From the NCBI RefSeq assembly GCF_964355755.1, contig NC_092674.1, positions 30,008,001 to 30,072,000 on the forward strand: a stretch of 64,000 bases of DNA, in the 5' to 3' direction. How positions within the stretch are numbered: the stretch's first letter is position 1; each line of letters starts with the position of its first letter. Below are positions 40,301-52,150 of this stretch, in pieces. Source of the DNA: Antedon mediterranea (lineage: Eukaryota; Animalia; Echinodermata). Below the pieces are notes generated by a model. It was not told the DNA's origin and ran no database searches. It saw only the letters and a program-made list of their open reading frames with translations. The position numbers were made by a program, and so were the translations under genes.

Positions 40301-43300
40301 TTGTGTTCAAACCAAATACTGTAAAAAAATATGTTATTTTTATGTCTGGGATTTGACTTTTGTTAAGGTACTTTATTTAGATATTTTTTCGACTAAAAAA
40401 TAATTAAAGCAAAAACAACTGTTCCACATTGCATAGTAAACATTTTTAGTACACATTCAAATTACTTTTTTCCAGTATTTATTTTTATGGAATAAAACCA
40501 ATGTTTTTAATAAATAGTGAGGGATAAATATAACGAGACTCTAAAATATGATGGATGTATACAACCAATGTTTTTAATAAATAGTGAGGGATAAATATAA
40601 CGAGACTCTAAAATATGATGGATGTATACAACCAATTTTTTTTTAAAGAAAAGGAAAACAGTATATGATAATTATAATGAGGCTCTAAAATATGGTGATG
40701 TAAAAGTAACACATTTTTTTGCAATTAAATAAAACTACTGTTCACTCAGTGTTGTCATATTAGCCCTGGGTTGTGAAGGTATACATTGTTATACAATACA
40801 GAGGTTATATAGAACATTGTTTGAGTGGGGAAGGAGGATCGTCTCGATCAAAACGCACAGTGGTTTTAAAAAACCTTCATATCTGCTGGTGTTTAAATTG
40901 TTATACACTGGTTTAAAAGTAGTTAGTTAAGTAGTTACCATAGAAATGATTGTAATACTGTACTTTTGTATTTTGGGGTTTTTTCAGTTCAGTAGTTAAA
41001 ATCGTTTTATTCTTGCATTTTTTTATTTATATATTACATTTACAATTTTATTTACATAATAAATTGTAAACTTTATCATGATGTTGAAAATGCTGCCATG
41101 ACAATACACGTTGATGTAACATAAAAGACCAGCCCTGTGGTAGCATGTTGCTCTGGGTTCAACCGCATGCAACCATGTGAAACAATCACACTATTCAACA
41201 TTTTCTTATCAAAATATTAATTTATTTCTTTTTTATTGCCTTGTTCATTTATTGCGTAGGGTGGCCTTAGGTAAACTTATAAGGAATGTAGTTTGATGGG
41301 GTGAAAGGTCAGCTTTAATGTGTTCTACTTTGATCTCTTTAAATGAATGCTTTTGTTTGATTTAAAAAAAAAACAAATAATCTACAGCTATGTGATTGAT
41401 TGAAAAGATGCATTTTAATTGATTAATATCATTGATTGATTATCATTGATTGATTATCATTGATTATCATTGATTGATTATCATTGATTTTTATTGACTG
41501 ATTATCATTAATTATCATTGATTGATTGATTGATTATCATTGATTGATTATTATTGATTGATTATCATTGATTGATTATTATTGACTGATTACTTTATTG
41601 ATTATCATTGATTGATCAGTCACCATGTTGACTAATTAACTATTACCTCTTCCACCAATTTGTAATATTGATTTTATTTATGAATTGGTTTCTATATAAA
41701 TTATTTGACAACTTTTAATATAGATGCATTTGAGCAGCGAACAGCTTGAAAGCTTGGAAGCTTACAACAGACGAATGATGGATAAACGGCAGGCTGACAT
41801 GCAGGCTGAAATGCAAAAGGTCATAGGTCAATCAAATGAGAAGGTAATGCTTTCTGTACTATTGAATTTTGTATAAAAGAAGCAAAAAGAAATTGACTTT
41901 ATTTAAAAGTATAACTTCTATTAGTATTTACATCAGATATTTTCATTGTAAAGTTAATGTTTTAGTATTATGTAAAATAATATTTGATAATATAATAAAT
42001 AATATATCTGTAATAGTAGAAATGTTTCTCTAATTGTGTGCTTTAGGTCCATAAATTCTATTATTTTGTTATTTCTGAATTGTTCTGCTTTTATCTTTTT
42101 CATTTTCACCTTCTTTACTCAACTATTCTGTTCTTATTCCTTTCTACTATCTATCTTTTTTTTTTCTTTGTTCAAACTTGTACTTTTTAATACATTATTA
42201 AAATTAAACAAATAAACTTTGATAAAAACACCAAATTCGTATTAATATTATGTTACAACAACGTTTGATTTCATCAATTAATTTGACAATCAAAAAGATA
42301 TTAAACACTCAATTCGCAACAAACAGGTGGATTTATAGATCAAAAACACCTGTAATTGATATTACGATGTGCATTTATTGTTAAAAACTTTGATTGTGCA
42401 CTTTATAAATCACAGAGTTCAAAACGCCTCGTAACACCATTATTGAAAGTCAGACTGGTTGACTACAACCTCTGCGAACGGAGCCTAGCAACAAATGTTA
42501 TGTTCACAGTGTGGCGCCCATCTGAAGAAGTTGTTAATCTTTTGAAGGAAGGTCATAGGTTAAAGGTCTTCAATGTCAGTGCGTCAGTTGGATGGTAAGA
42601 AGTTAAGCACAATACTAATATTTAAATGTTAAAAGCACTGTATATTGTGTGTACATAATGTATGAGAATGAGAGTGTATTTATTTCTTTAGAACTAATCT
42701 TTTTTCCAAGTAAAGCCAAAGCTTCTACATTAAGCTCTGTCTACACTATCAAACTTTATATGACAAAAAAATGTGATGTGCCCATATATAGAAATGTTGA
42801 TGTCATATCACTACCAAACATGTTGGATAGTGTAGACAGAGATTTAGTTAAGTCTAATGTAAATATCAAATACCCAAACTTTTTATATAGGTCAAAAGAT
42901 GGATCAAATCCAGTGCAGCTTGCCTCTACAAGATCTACTCGCTACAACATCTTGCCTACAAGCCCAGGTGTTTTAGACATAGTCTACTCACCACGTGTAG
43001 TCAATGATTTCTGTGATGTAGGCAACGTGTGTTTCCAGCCTGACTACCAGGAAATGAATGTTGTAGGCCTAGTGTTGTTTGTCACACCGTACAGCGGTAA
43101 CAGGTAATACTATTTGGTTACCACAGGTTGGATATCTGAAAGTAATAATAGTATTACTATCATAGACTATTATTAAACTTTTCCAAATTTGATTTATTTT
43201 GATACCAAGCACAGATAAAAACAAGAAAATGGCACTCATACGTGGTACCAGGGATAAGCCCTTTAAATCCCCAGATAATCCCGGATAATCTAAAGACATT

Positions 43301-45805
43301 TTTTTTAGAGACAATATCACTGTTTAACTCTTACTTTTATAGTTATTTAAGTTACTGGTTTTCAACTGACGAACCACTAGCTTTAATTTTTAAGGCTTTC
43401 TCATGATAGTTCATTTTTTGTTTTAGTTCTCGACCACAAACTGTTTACTTATCTGACAAGGATGTTAATATTTTAGCACTGAAATTTTGGGGAGGAATGA
43501 AGGTAAGTTTGTTTGTATTTTTTATAAGTAAGTTTATATAAGTATAAGTAAGTTTATATAAGTATAAGTTTATATAATTAAGTTTATATAAGTATAAGTT
43601 TATATAAGTAAGTTTATATAAGTATAAGTTTATATAAGTAAGTTTATAGAAGTTTAAGTTTATATAAGTAAGTTTAGCTATAGAAACCGGAACATGTATA
43701 ATATAATTGTAGAATAACCCTGAATATACATAGTTATAGAATATGTATAGAATTCTAGCTTCTTTACTGTATCTCCAAGCTAGAACAAAATACTGACATA
43801 CCTATGCAAGATTATTATAGACTTATCATATTTTTAATGTATTCTCTCTGTAAATATCACATATAGTATATCTAGAAGTAAGAGCCAAATATGAATACAA
43901 TGAAACAATGTAAGATTTACGCATATATTAATTGTAAAGGTTTATCACGTTGATGAGATTGTGAAACCTGGGAACTTTATATGCGTCAGTAACCTGCAGT
44001 GGAAAGGTATGGATAAGAGATCAAGGATTGCCTGTGGACATGTCAATGACATGACAGTCATAACGCAGAACCCAAGAACACAAAACTTGAAGAAATTACT
44101 GAAATGTCTTCAAGATCAAATTATGGTAATGTAGTACAGTCGACTGTTTCAATGCTTGACTCTTTATAAACCTGAGACTCTCCAAACCCAGACTTTTCCA
44201 AAAGGTCATCCAAAAATCTTGTTCACAATCAATAACATTAGTAATACCAGAAATTCTAGGAAAGTTATTAGGCCAGCCCAAAGTGTCATGTATTGAGAGA
44301 AGTTACTGTGTTCAAGCAATATATATTTCATTTCTATGTTTTTTGAATGACAAACTGAATAAACGAGAAATACTTAAAGAAAATGTGTAATGTTATTTTA
44401 TTTTAAGGTGATGCTTCTGCTTTCTTTTAATATTATTAATGTTATTTTGCAGGACCCAAAATCTTTCATTGAAATAAATCAAGATGTGATAGAAGGCTTG
44501 TTATCCATTGTGCATCAGCCACAGACCCCAGTAACACCATATGCTCAACCTCCGTTACCACCACCATTAAGCACTCCAAGAGTACATCGATCAAAGAGAA
44601 TTAGCAGCTGTCTTCAGTTCACACCATCGCCATCATTTGCTGTTCCTCGATCATCTGCCCTGCAAGACCGAACACCAGTTTTACCAAAAAATAAGTTTGC
44701 CACTCCAAAGAGTCAAGACTTTAGGGCGTACTATTCTAAACGATTGTACACAAAGGATGGTAAAGATACCAACACAAGCACAAGCTTAATTGATCAGAAA
44801 AATGTTGACATTCAGGAAGGAATTAAACAAACCCCAAAGACAAGCTGTTGGAAGGAAATCGATCACAAGGCGTCCAAGACACCATTGCTGTCAACACCTG
44901 GCAATAGTTCTGGAATAACATTTCCATTGTCGACCAAGAAAATAATAACACCAAAAAGTCAGAACTTCAGTTCTTACTATAAAAACAATTCTTCAACAGG
45001 AAAGAGCCAAATGACATCATTGCCTCATTTGACATCAACACCAATGAGTGCCAAGAAGGAAAGTCAGTTGAGAAGAAATAGCTTAAGACTGGAACAACTG
45101 TCCAGGATACCTTCTCCTCCTCCTCTTCAGCAACTTTACTCTGACTCTTCAGCCCTTTCACAGAGTTACAAGAAACCAATTGATCATGCTCACCAGAACA
45201 CGATTCGCCAAGAAGGAATAGATGATCTGGAACTACAGGCATTAGATGCAGGATTCAGCAACAGAACTCTGGCTTTAGATGACTCTGGAGATTTTGATTT
45301 TTCTGAAGCTTCTCCAGAAAAGAAAATTTCTTCCCAAAGTAAGACATTTGATGACATTGAGATGGATTCCTCTTTGAATACCTCGTGTTTGTCGCAAATC
45401 TCTGACATCCCTACACAAGTCTTGAGGGACCTTGATCTGTCAGGGTTAGAAGAGATTACAAGTAGTGCGCCATCAATTGTCAAGAATGATGACCAAGACA
45501 AAGCTGACATGACATCAACATTAACCCAGTTATCAGAAATGGTAAAAAGAGAAAATGATCCTCCAGCAGTAATGGAGGATGATGGAATATCAGAACTGGT
45601 TATAAATACCAATGTGAGCACATCTCAGGAAGATTTTGGTAGAAGAAAGAGAAAAAGAGCAACTGATGGCAGGGGAGAGCTCAGTGATGTCGATGGTAAA
45701 AGCTCACAGACATTAGATGATACATCATCATCACGTGCTACTGTATCACAGAGTTCCTCAAGACGTGTTACAAGATCAAGCTCTAAGAAAGTCTTTAAAA
45801 TGTGA
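19354..45805 (+). CDS. BRCA2: BRCA2 homolog, about 3426 aa; exons 19354-19968, 20157-20283, 20660-20919, 21378-21575, 21957-23496, 23946-27704, 27821-27880, 27998-28070, 28213-28483, 28669-28785, 28899-29083, 29376-29504, 29806-30010, 30240-30404, 31931-32110, 33425-33572, 34107-34228, 41724-41843, 42416-42594, 42891-43103, 43427-43502, 43940-44125, 44453-45805
   Basis: PALB2-binding-like N-terminus ([18 protein letters not shown]), [20 protein letters not shown] array, FTTPFK, helical domain ([23 protein letters not shown]), OB1 ([22 protein letters not shown]), tower, OB2 (VWRPSEE), OB3 and a TR2-like LSRIPSPPP. Exon sum is 10281 nt, in frame. The start codon choice is approximate. Confidence 0.96.
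21600..21875 (-). mobile_element. Probable tRNA-derived (Thr-AGT-like) SINE or repeat in a BRCA2 intron
   Basis: Minus strand 21706-21643 reads AGCTCAGTGGTCTAGA (A box), CCAGGATAGTAATCTGG (anticodon-arm-like), GGTCGTGGGATTCGAGTCCCAT (B box). No proper acceptor stem. Confidence 0.5.
24749..27505 (+). repeat. BRCA2: Array of 17 BRC repeats in the large BRCA2 exon (23946-27704)
   Basis: Recurrent F-x-T-[G/A][21 protein letters not shown], counted 17 times in the 1223-aa ORF. Confidence 0.92.
29555..29735. mobile_element. Tc1/mariner (pogo-like) MITE
   Basis: TA|CAGTCAACTCTCCCAATACC...GGTATTGGAAAAGTTGACTG|TA. A related degenerate copy may lie at about 44137-44308. Confidence 0.8.
30536..31747 (-). 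mobile_element. Helentron-associated non-autonomous element (HINE/DINE-like)
   Basis: On the minus strand it starts in a T-run with palindromic subterminal GGTTATCCGC...GCGGATAACC. It ends with a GCGGATAACC subTIR, hairpin AACTCGT-acgtagtg-ACGAGTT, then CTAG followed by Ts. Confidence 0.75.
32533..33387. mobile_element. piggyBac-type non-autonomous element, 855 bp
   Basis: TTAA|CCCTTTCACTGCG...CGCAGTGAAAGGG|TTAA: TTAA TSD and CCC/GGG termini. Confidence 0.88.
34240..34787. repeat. ~190-bp tandem duplication plus 73-bp unit x3 carrying CTCF-like motifs
   Basis: ggaattggacagcgctatctgtgggtgtagtttttacatatttcctaca... at 34566, 34639 and 34712, with an older variant at about 34373-34425. Confidence 0.9.
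35864..36003. mobile_element. Representative of an abundant ~140-170 bp MITE family (TIR AGCTCTGTCTACACTATCAAAC), PIF/Harbinger-like
   Basis: About 15 copies: 310-449, 7791-7964, 13029-13187, 13883-14012, 15518-15683, 16424-16768, 20947-21022, 29128-29286, 32128-32265, 35864-36003, 36577-36690 (half), 42733-42844, 45838-45963, 60273-60330, 60353-60491. Often flanked by TAA or TTA. Confidence 0.88.
41415..41617. repeat. Degenerate ATTG/ATTATC microsatellite
   Basis: Repeated attgattatcattg units. Confidence 0.9.
43522..43676. repeat. AT-rich minisatellite (ataagtttatataagt variants)
   Basis: Tandem copies read directly. Confidence 0.9.
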
Positions 45806-48800
45806 AGAATGTAAAAGAACTCGAAATCTAAACCTAAAGCTCTTTGTCTACACTATCAAACTTTATGTGACAAAAAAATATGATGTACCCATGTATTGAC
45901 ATGATGATGTCATATCACTACCATATTTGGGCACATTAGTAGTTTGATAGTGTAGACAGAGCTTAAGAAAAGTAATTTAAAATAATGAGAGAATGTTTTA
46001 ATTATTTATTTAGTATATTTGTGGCTCCCATCATACATCCTTGTATCATGGAAGGCTCTGGCAGGCTTTTCCAGGCTTGTACAAGTCTTCGATGTTTTAA
46101 CGAGTCCATATCTATGCAATCTACCAAATACTGTACTTTGTAAATTAAGATAAAGAAGTTTTTATGCCAAGTTTAACGTTTATTTTAACAAAAATGAAAG
46201 TTTACAGTAATTGTTGTAATAACCATCTATAACGTGTTAATATAAACAGTTAATTTTTAATTACATTTTAGTAGTCTTTCTTTGACGTCATCTAACCTTC
46301 TATGACAAATCATAAAACTACACATTGCATACTACCACAATGAAACTAACCATTTTGAAAACTTTTATTCAGGTAAGCTAAAACAAAAAGGCATTCACCA
46401 AAAAAGCCATGTCACAAATATCCACTCACTAAAAATGAATAAACCAACAGAAAAGTGGCACTAATACTGATTAAAATTTAATATATTTACAATGCGATGG
46501 ATAAGTACAGTTGTACTTTCTCTGCATGATATAACTGACCGGAAGTGTCCAAAAGACTTCTTCTTAAGAACTGTTCATGTATACTGCTACAGTTTGCGCC
46601 CTAAAGTCCGTTATATAGATTACATCAATTCCTAGTGCATAACCGTAGCTCCTTTAATTAATACAGAAAAACAATTTTGATTTTCCACGTCTCGTAACAT
46701 AATTGACAGTTCGTTAAAAATGACAGCTAATTTTACAGTATTTATAAAAGTATTGTGTCCGTCTTGAATTAATGAATTAAGATAATTATTGTGGATATTC
46801 GCAAAAGGAGGCCTATTGGTTTTGGACATCTGTCTTTTTAGTTCGTGGCCCTTGACCTTAGAATTCATATATTCGATTAAGTTTTCTAAAACTGGTTTTA
46901 ACTATGAATTAACCCAGGACCCCAGGATTTGTAGTTGTACGCCACACCTATAGGAAAGAGCGCGTCCAGTACACACGTGCGCGAATTTTTTGCAAAATCT
47001 GTAACAATGTTTTCGTTTTTTTAGTTAATAACGTACTTATACTTATTATACATTGTGTGTATATTTTATCATATTTTTATAATATGATGACGTATTGATA
47101 CGTCACAATTGAATATCTACGCACAAGATGATTGACAGGTGATCATTAATCGTTTGATTGAATTGATAGAAATTAGGTTCTGTGAGTGATTATCAAATGC
47201 AGCAATAATATAACCCATTAAACATGAACGTACACAAACGATTTGCTCCCCTAGGCAATATTCAACACTTACCGTGGAGTTAGCATCGTACGTTTGGGCT
47301 AAGTACAGGTGCCATGCCCCTATGGCCTTTCCATACGACAGCCCGAGGCGCTTACCCTTCCTAAAAAAGTATTCTATTGATTAATTTCTGTATCTAATTA
47401 ATTTGTCTTCTTTGTCGATCGAAATTTAAATGTTTATAATTATTATGTTGATGGTTTACACGCCATTGAGGCATAACGACGGTTCGTTAAACGGCATTTA
47501 TCTGGTTTAATAATTATTGAAAACCCGTACACAAGTTAACAATTACATATTGTGCGTTATTGTAACAAAATAGTATAATAGCGACGGGTACTATCGGATA
47601 ATAGTTATTGTACGAATTGTCAGATATCTAGATTTCGTTAAACGCCACTTTGTTCGTGTTGTATTTTAATTAGACACAAAACGTGTCCGTTCAGAAATTT
47701 ATACCAACACTCGTAGATTCGTTCTTAACCAACAAGAATTCTAGGCCTAGGTGATCAATCAAATTTAATAATGCCATGTTCTTTGAATATAAAACAATCT
47801 ACATTGGATTGTTATCAAACTTTTGAGTAATTGTCCTCAGTCTTTAATAGTCCGTAGAGAAATGAATTTACTCTATGTTTTTTTAAACACGGTCACGAAT
47901 TGAAAGAACCCGATTCCCATTTTCAATTCCTGAAATGCCCTTTTCAAAATACAGCACCAGAAGCAAATATAAAGTAATGATAAATGCTCCCCCCATTCCC
48001 CCACCCCCCAAAAAACCATCCTATAGCTGTTGTCTTGGACATTCATCGGCTGGTAGACCTACTAAACCAATAACCCTGTTAAGGAGGAAGAAATCAGGTG
48101 GTCAGCAGATGAGATAATTGAATTAGGGTTGGGGTGGGGAGCGGTAGTCAAATTGTGCTGAGATTTCGTTACGTTACCTGGCCGGTGGTTTGTTGGTTTT
48201 AGTTATTTCATGTCAATGGTCATCTGTTCTATAATAGTGGTCAGTTTATTCTATTATTCATGGCTGGTTAAATTTGTGGTTAGTGTGTCAATTAGTGGTG
48301 CGCCGCTTTCTCTGACAATAAAAGCCAAAACGTACTTAAATATTATAATATATTAATTAATTTCGAAAGCTTGTTTAACTTTTAATGTGTTTGTCTTTAT
48401 GACTTTTGACGACGATGTCAGTGATCCTGCAATCTTGCTTACATCCGGCCAACAGGAGTAAAAACACGTTAAAATGCGTTATTGTTCTTAACAGTGGTCC
48501 AGTTGTCATCGTCCTACCATCACGTGTATGACGTAGTGCCACGCGTGCGCACAGGTTCGACGACCTGTATCTACAATACGTAGAGCTTAATCCATAACGT
48601 AGGAATTGAATTAGACCGTGGGTCGCAGCACCGCTCTTGGCACGTTTGGCGTGCATATTCGTAAAATCTCGTAATTGTAAGGATAAAGGGCTGAAGGGCC
48701 ATGTTGATTTTTACTACACACGCAGAAAACGTATAAAATCATTGTTCTTCACTCACTATAAGTTGATATACAAACACACGGGGAGATCACTGTTAATTAA

Positions 48801-51800
48801 ATAGTACAGTATTGATAATAGAATCTCATTTAGTGAGATAAATATAATTGTTTCAGAAAAATAAACATGTATGTCAGGGTCACTGTTGAAATTGGTTTTT
48901 GTAATCAAGTGACACTATTGTAGTACATGTTATGAGATGCATTGAATCTCCTTTGGGTATAGAACACCCATATACAGTGGACACAATGACGTCCCTATAT
49001 ATCCAGAGGACACACCTATACAGTGAACACCTTACACCCATATATATCAATGGGGAACCCCTTATACATCGGACACCATGACACCCCTATATATCCAGCG
49101 GACACACCTGTGCAGCGGACACGTGACCATGACACCCCATGGGAAACCCTTATTAAGGGTAATAAACTCGTGAAACGAACGCGAGGAAACGTAACACACA
49201 GCCAACTTCGTTGAGTAGTGCCGACGATGGGTTCTATTGCTGTACGTACTCTACTTCTAAATCACTTTTTTGCTGCTTAAAGCTTGGTTTTTCCACTCGC
49301 ACGTAACACGAGGACGTAAGCGCAACGCATGTATTTGACAAATCACAAGCGATGGATTATTTTGAACTGTCGGCCGGTCAAATCACTTCCGTTGCGTATA
49401 TACATCCTTGCGCTGTGTCTTTATAGTGAGAACAAAACTTAACCAAAAAGTAACCTTACGCAGCCAGATTTAGTTGTTTCTTTTAATTTTTAAATTATCA
49501 TATGTAAATGCTTTTTATGAAAACGAAAGTCTGCCATTATTATTTGGTTCGTACTTAAATCCGAATGATATCCGAATGTTTCCGAAACTTTCTTTGTTGC
49601 TAATTAAAACAATCTGGACGCATTAACATGAATAAACAACTGAAATATTATCCTAAGTATATGAGGCGTCGATAGAAATAACAAACTTCCATTTAGACTT
49701 GCTGTTATTAACGAACACTAATTCCGAATATCGTATTAAGTTTTAATATGTTTTGTTATATCACCTTTCGTGTCAAAGAATACAATTTATTGTGTTTTCA
49801 TTCAATAATCGTAGGATGTAACTGGGAAAAGTGAATTTAATGACCATCGTGGCATTATGATGTTCACGATAGAATTACATAATGCTCCTATTATTATGTG
49901 TAGGTTAATTGTACGGATTGTAATGAGTTACAATACATTATTAACGAAATATAAATTAATTGGCGATTGGTTTCCATTTTAATCAGTTACTTCCTATAAA
50001 AGATTATTATAAGATTAAAATGAACGATCAATGCGAACCCCATCTCAAATATCATTGATAAATAAAACAATCAATTGAGAATTATTGCGCATTCTGTTTC
50101 ATATAATTTGACTTGATATCGAGGCTAGAATAACTCCGCACCTTCTAGAGTTACATTTAGCCGTTGGTGTACCACGTGATCGTCTACAAACTTTTCACCT
50201 GCCGTCTTCCGTCAATGTATTAATTAGCTCGTCACACACAATCACTTATTTTTCTATAGCTTATGTTTAATTACTGCGCTAAACCCGTGTTAATCGGCTT
50301 CAACCCCATTAACTGTTTATCTCAGATAATTCTAGGCCTAAAGTAATAATCACTGAACGCATTGTTGCGATGTTGACCGCAATCTCGTATGCTGCGCGTA
50401 GTCAAGATGTCATATCTAGTTCTCTACGCGCACCGATAAGTAAAATCATATCTCATGCTTGGTTACGTATTAAGAATGCTTAACGGGTGATAAAACTTCT
50501 TGATTAATTTCTCAATAAAAACTGACAAGTCGACAAGCGCTTGAAACAATTTCCGACAAAAAATCGATCTGATAAATTATTTAATTATCACGTGTGTATT
50601 GTTAAGTGTTGGTATTAGATTTATACTAACAAATCGCTTTAATTTGCTTCAATGGTAACTTTGTTTTTAATTTGAAACTGTTATTTATTTGTTATTGTAT
50701 GGATGTGTTATGTTCATGGGATAAAGTGATAGAATATCAAATCCAATATCATTTCCCACGTCCATATACATACTTATTGGTTCTTTGTTTTACTGAACAC
50801 TAAACACAAAACAGGATTCTTTTCACCACGCAAATCTGTTTTGTATCTTCACACATGTCAATTTTGTCCAGTATCATAAGCATATTCCGTATAACATAGA
50901 ATTTATTTGTTTCACATGTCATGCTTGTGAAATTACTGGGAAAATTTAGACCATGTATTAACTCCATGGAGTCATAACCCTGTCGACTACATAATTGCAT
51001 CAATATAATCCACATCCTCTTTCCTCTTCATCCCAAGTCCACTAAACTCGTGATGTCAATATGGGTTTTATTATTATTATGTACCTAGGTTAGGCCTACA
51101 TCTCGTGTGTCGAAAATGTTGTGTTACGATTACGCTATTTATATAATACAATATTAGTCGATTATCACTTCAATTTCTATTTAAGGATAAGACTATCGAT
51201 ATTTTTTTGACACTTTGTTCAAATTTAAGTCTAAAATTCCTAAATCGATTTTTGTTCGAAGTTTGCCTTTTTGTATGTTTCATGTTTTGTATTTTTATGT
51301 GCTTTTAATTCTATATTTATATTTAAAGAGTTTTAAGGCATCCTGTAATTGGCGATTTTTCGCTGTTGGATGTGGTTGAAATAAAATGAAAAAAAATAAA
51401 AATAATGCAACATAGATACATTCCGTGATACAGCATCACATGAGTTGTCATGCGCAGATACATCAATGAGCATCGGGTATACATAGGCATACACTCAATT
51501 TAGCAAAAATCACTTTCTCAATCACTTTTAATCTGAATTTTAAGTATCTCAACGATATGCCTAGAAACCTTTTTGTTTAAAAAAGAGCTAAATTGACTGT
51601 AATTAATTATATTCTGTCACTTGTTCGTTCGTTTCTCGTTTAAAAGCCCTATTTTTTATATTTACGTAACAATCTGAAAGGGTTTTACCCAGAGGCTAAG
51701 CTTGGCTTCTTTTATTCTTTCCGCCTTCAATCTCTGTTCGCATTTAGTTTTAATCGTTTTATTGTTTGTAATCTTATTAGACGTACAAAGGCAAAATACT

Positions 51801-52124
51801 TTTTTTTATTGATCTTGCCTTTTAGATTTCCATTCGTATCTGTACTTTCGTAAAACCTAATTTCATAGCTCTCATTTTATTGAGAAAAAAAATGTGTGCT
51901 CGCAAAAATTATGGTATCGAAAAAGCATGGTATCACAAAATTAAAACGGTTGGCCTTGGATGCACAAACATCAACGCCGTAAGATTAAAGCTGCTTTTTG
52001 TAGGCCGATCATGAAATTGATTTAAAAATATCAATTGATAATGAAGATACTATTTAATGTTAATTGCATTGGCTTCATCTAACTTGAATATCATATTATA
52101 AGGTAAGGGATGTTTTTTTTTTGT

Positions 52125-52150
52125 TGCAACCCTGACCATCAGAGGGCGCC
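52125..52150 (+). promoter_or_regulatory. Candidate CTCF site 5.3 kb upstream of Gsx
   Basis: TTGCAAC-cctga-CCATCAGAGGGCGCC matches the core consensus CCANNAGRGGGCGC and has an upstream TGCA element. Motif only. Confidence 0.5.
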
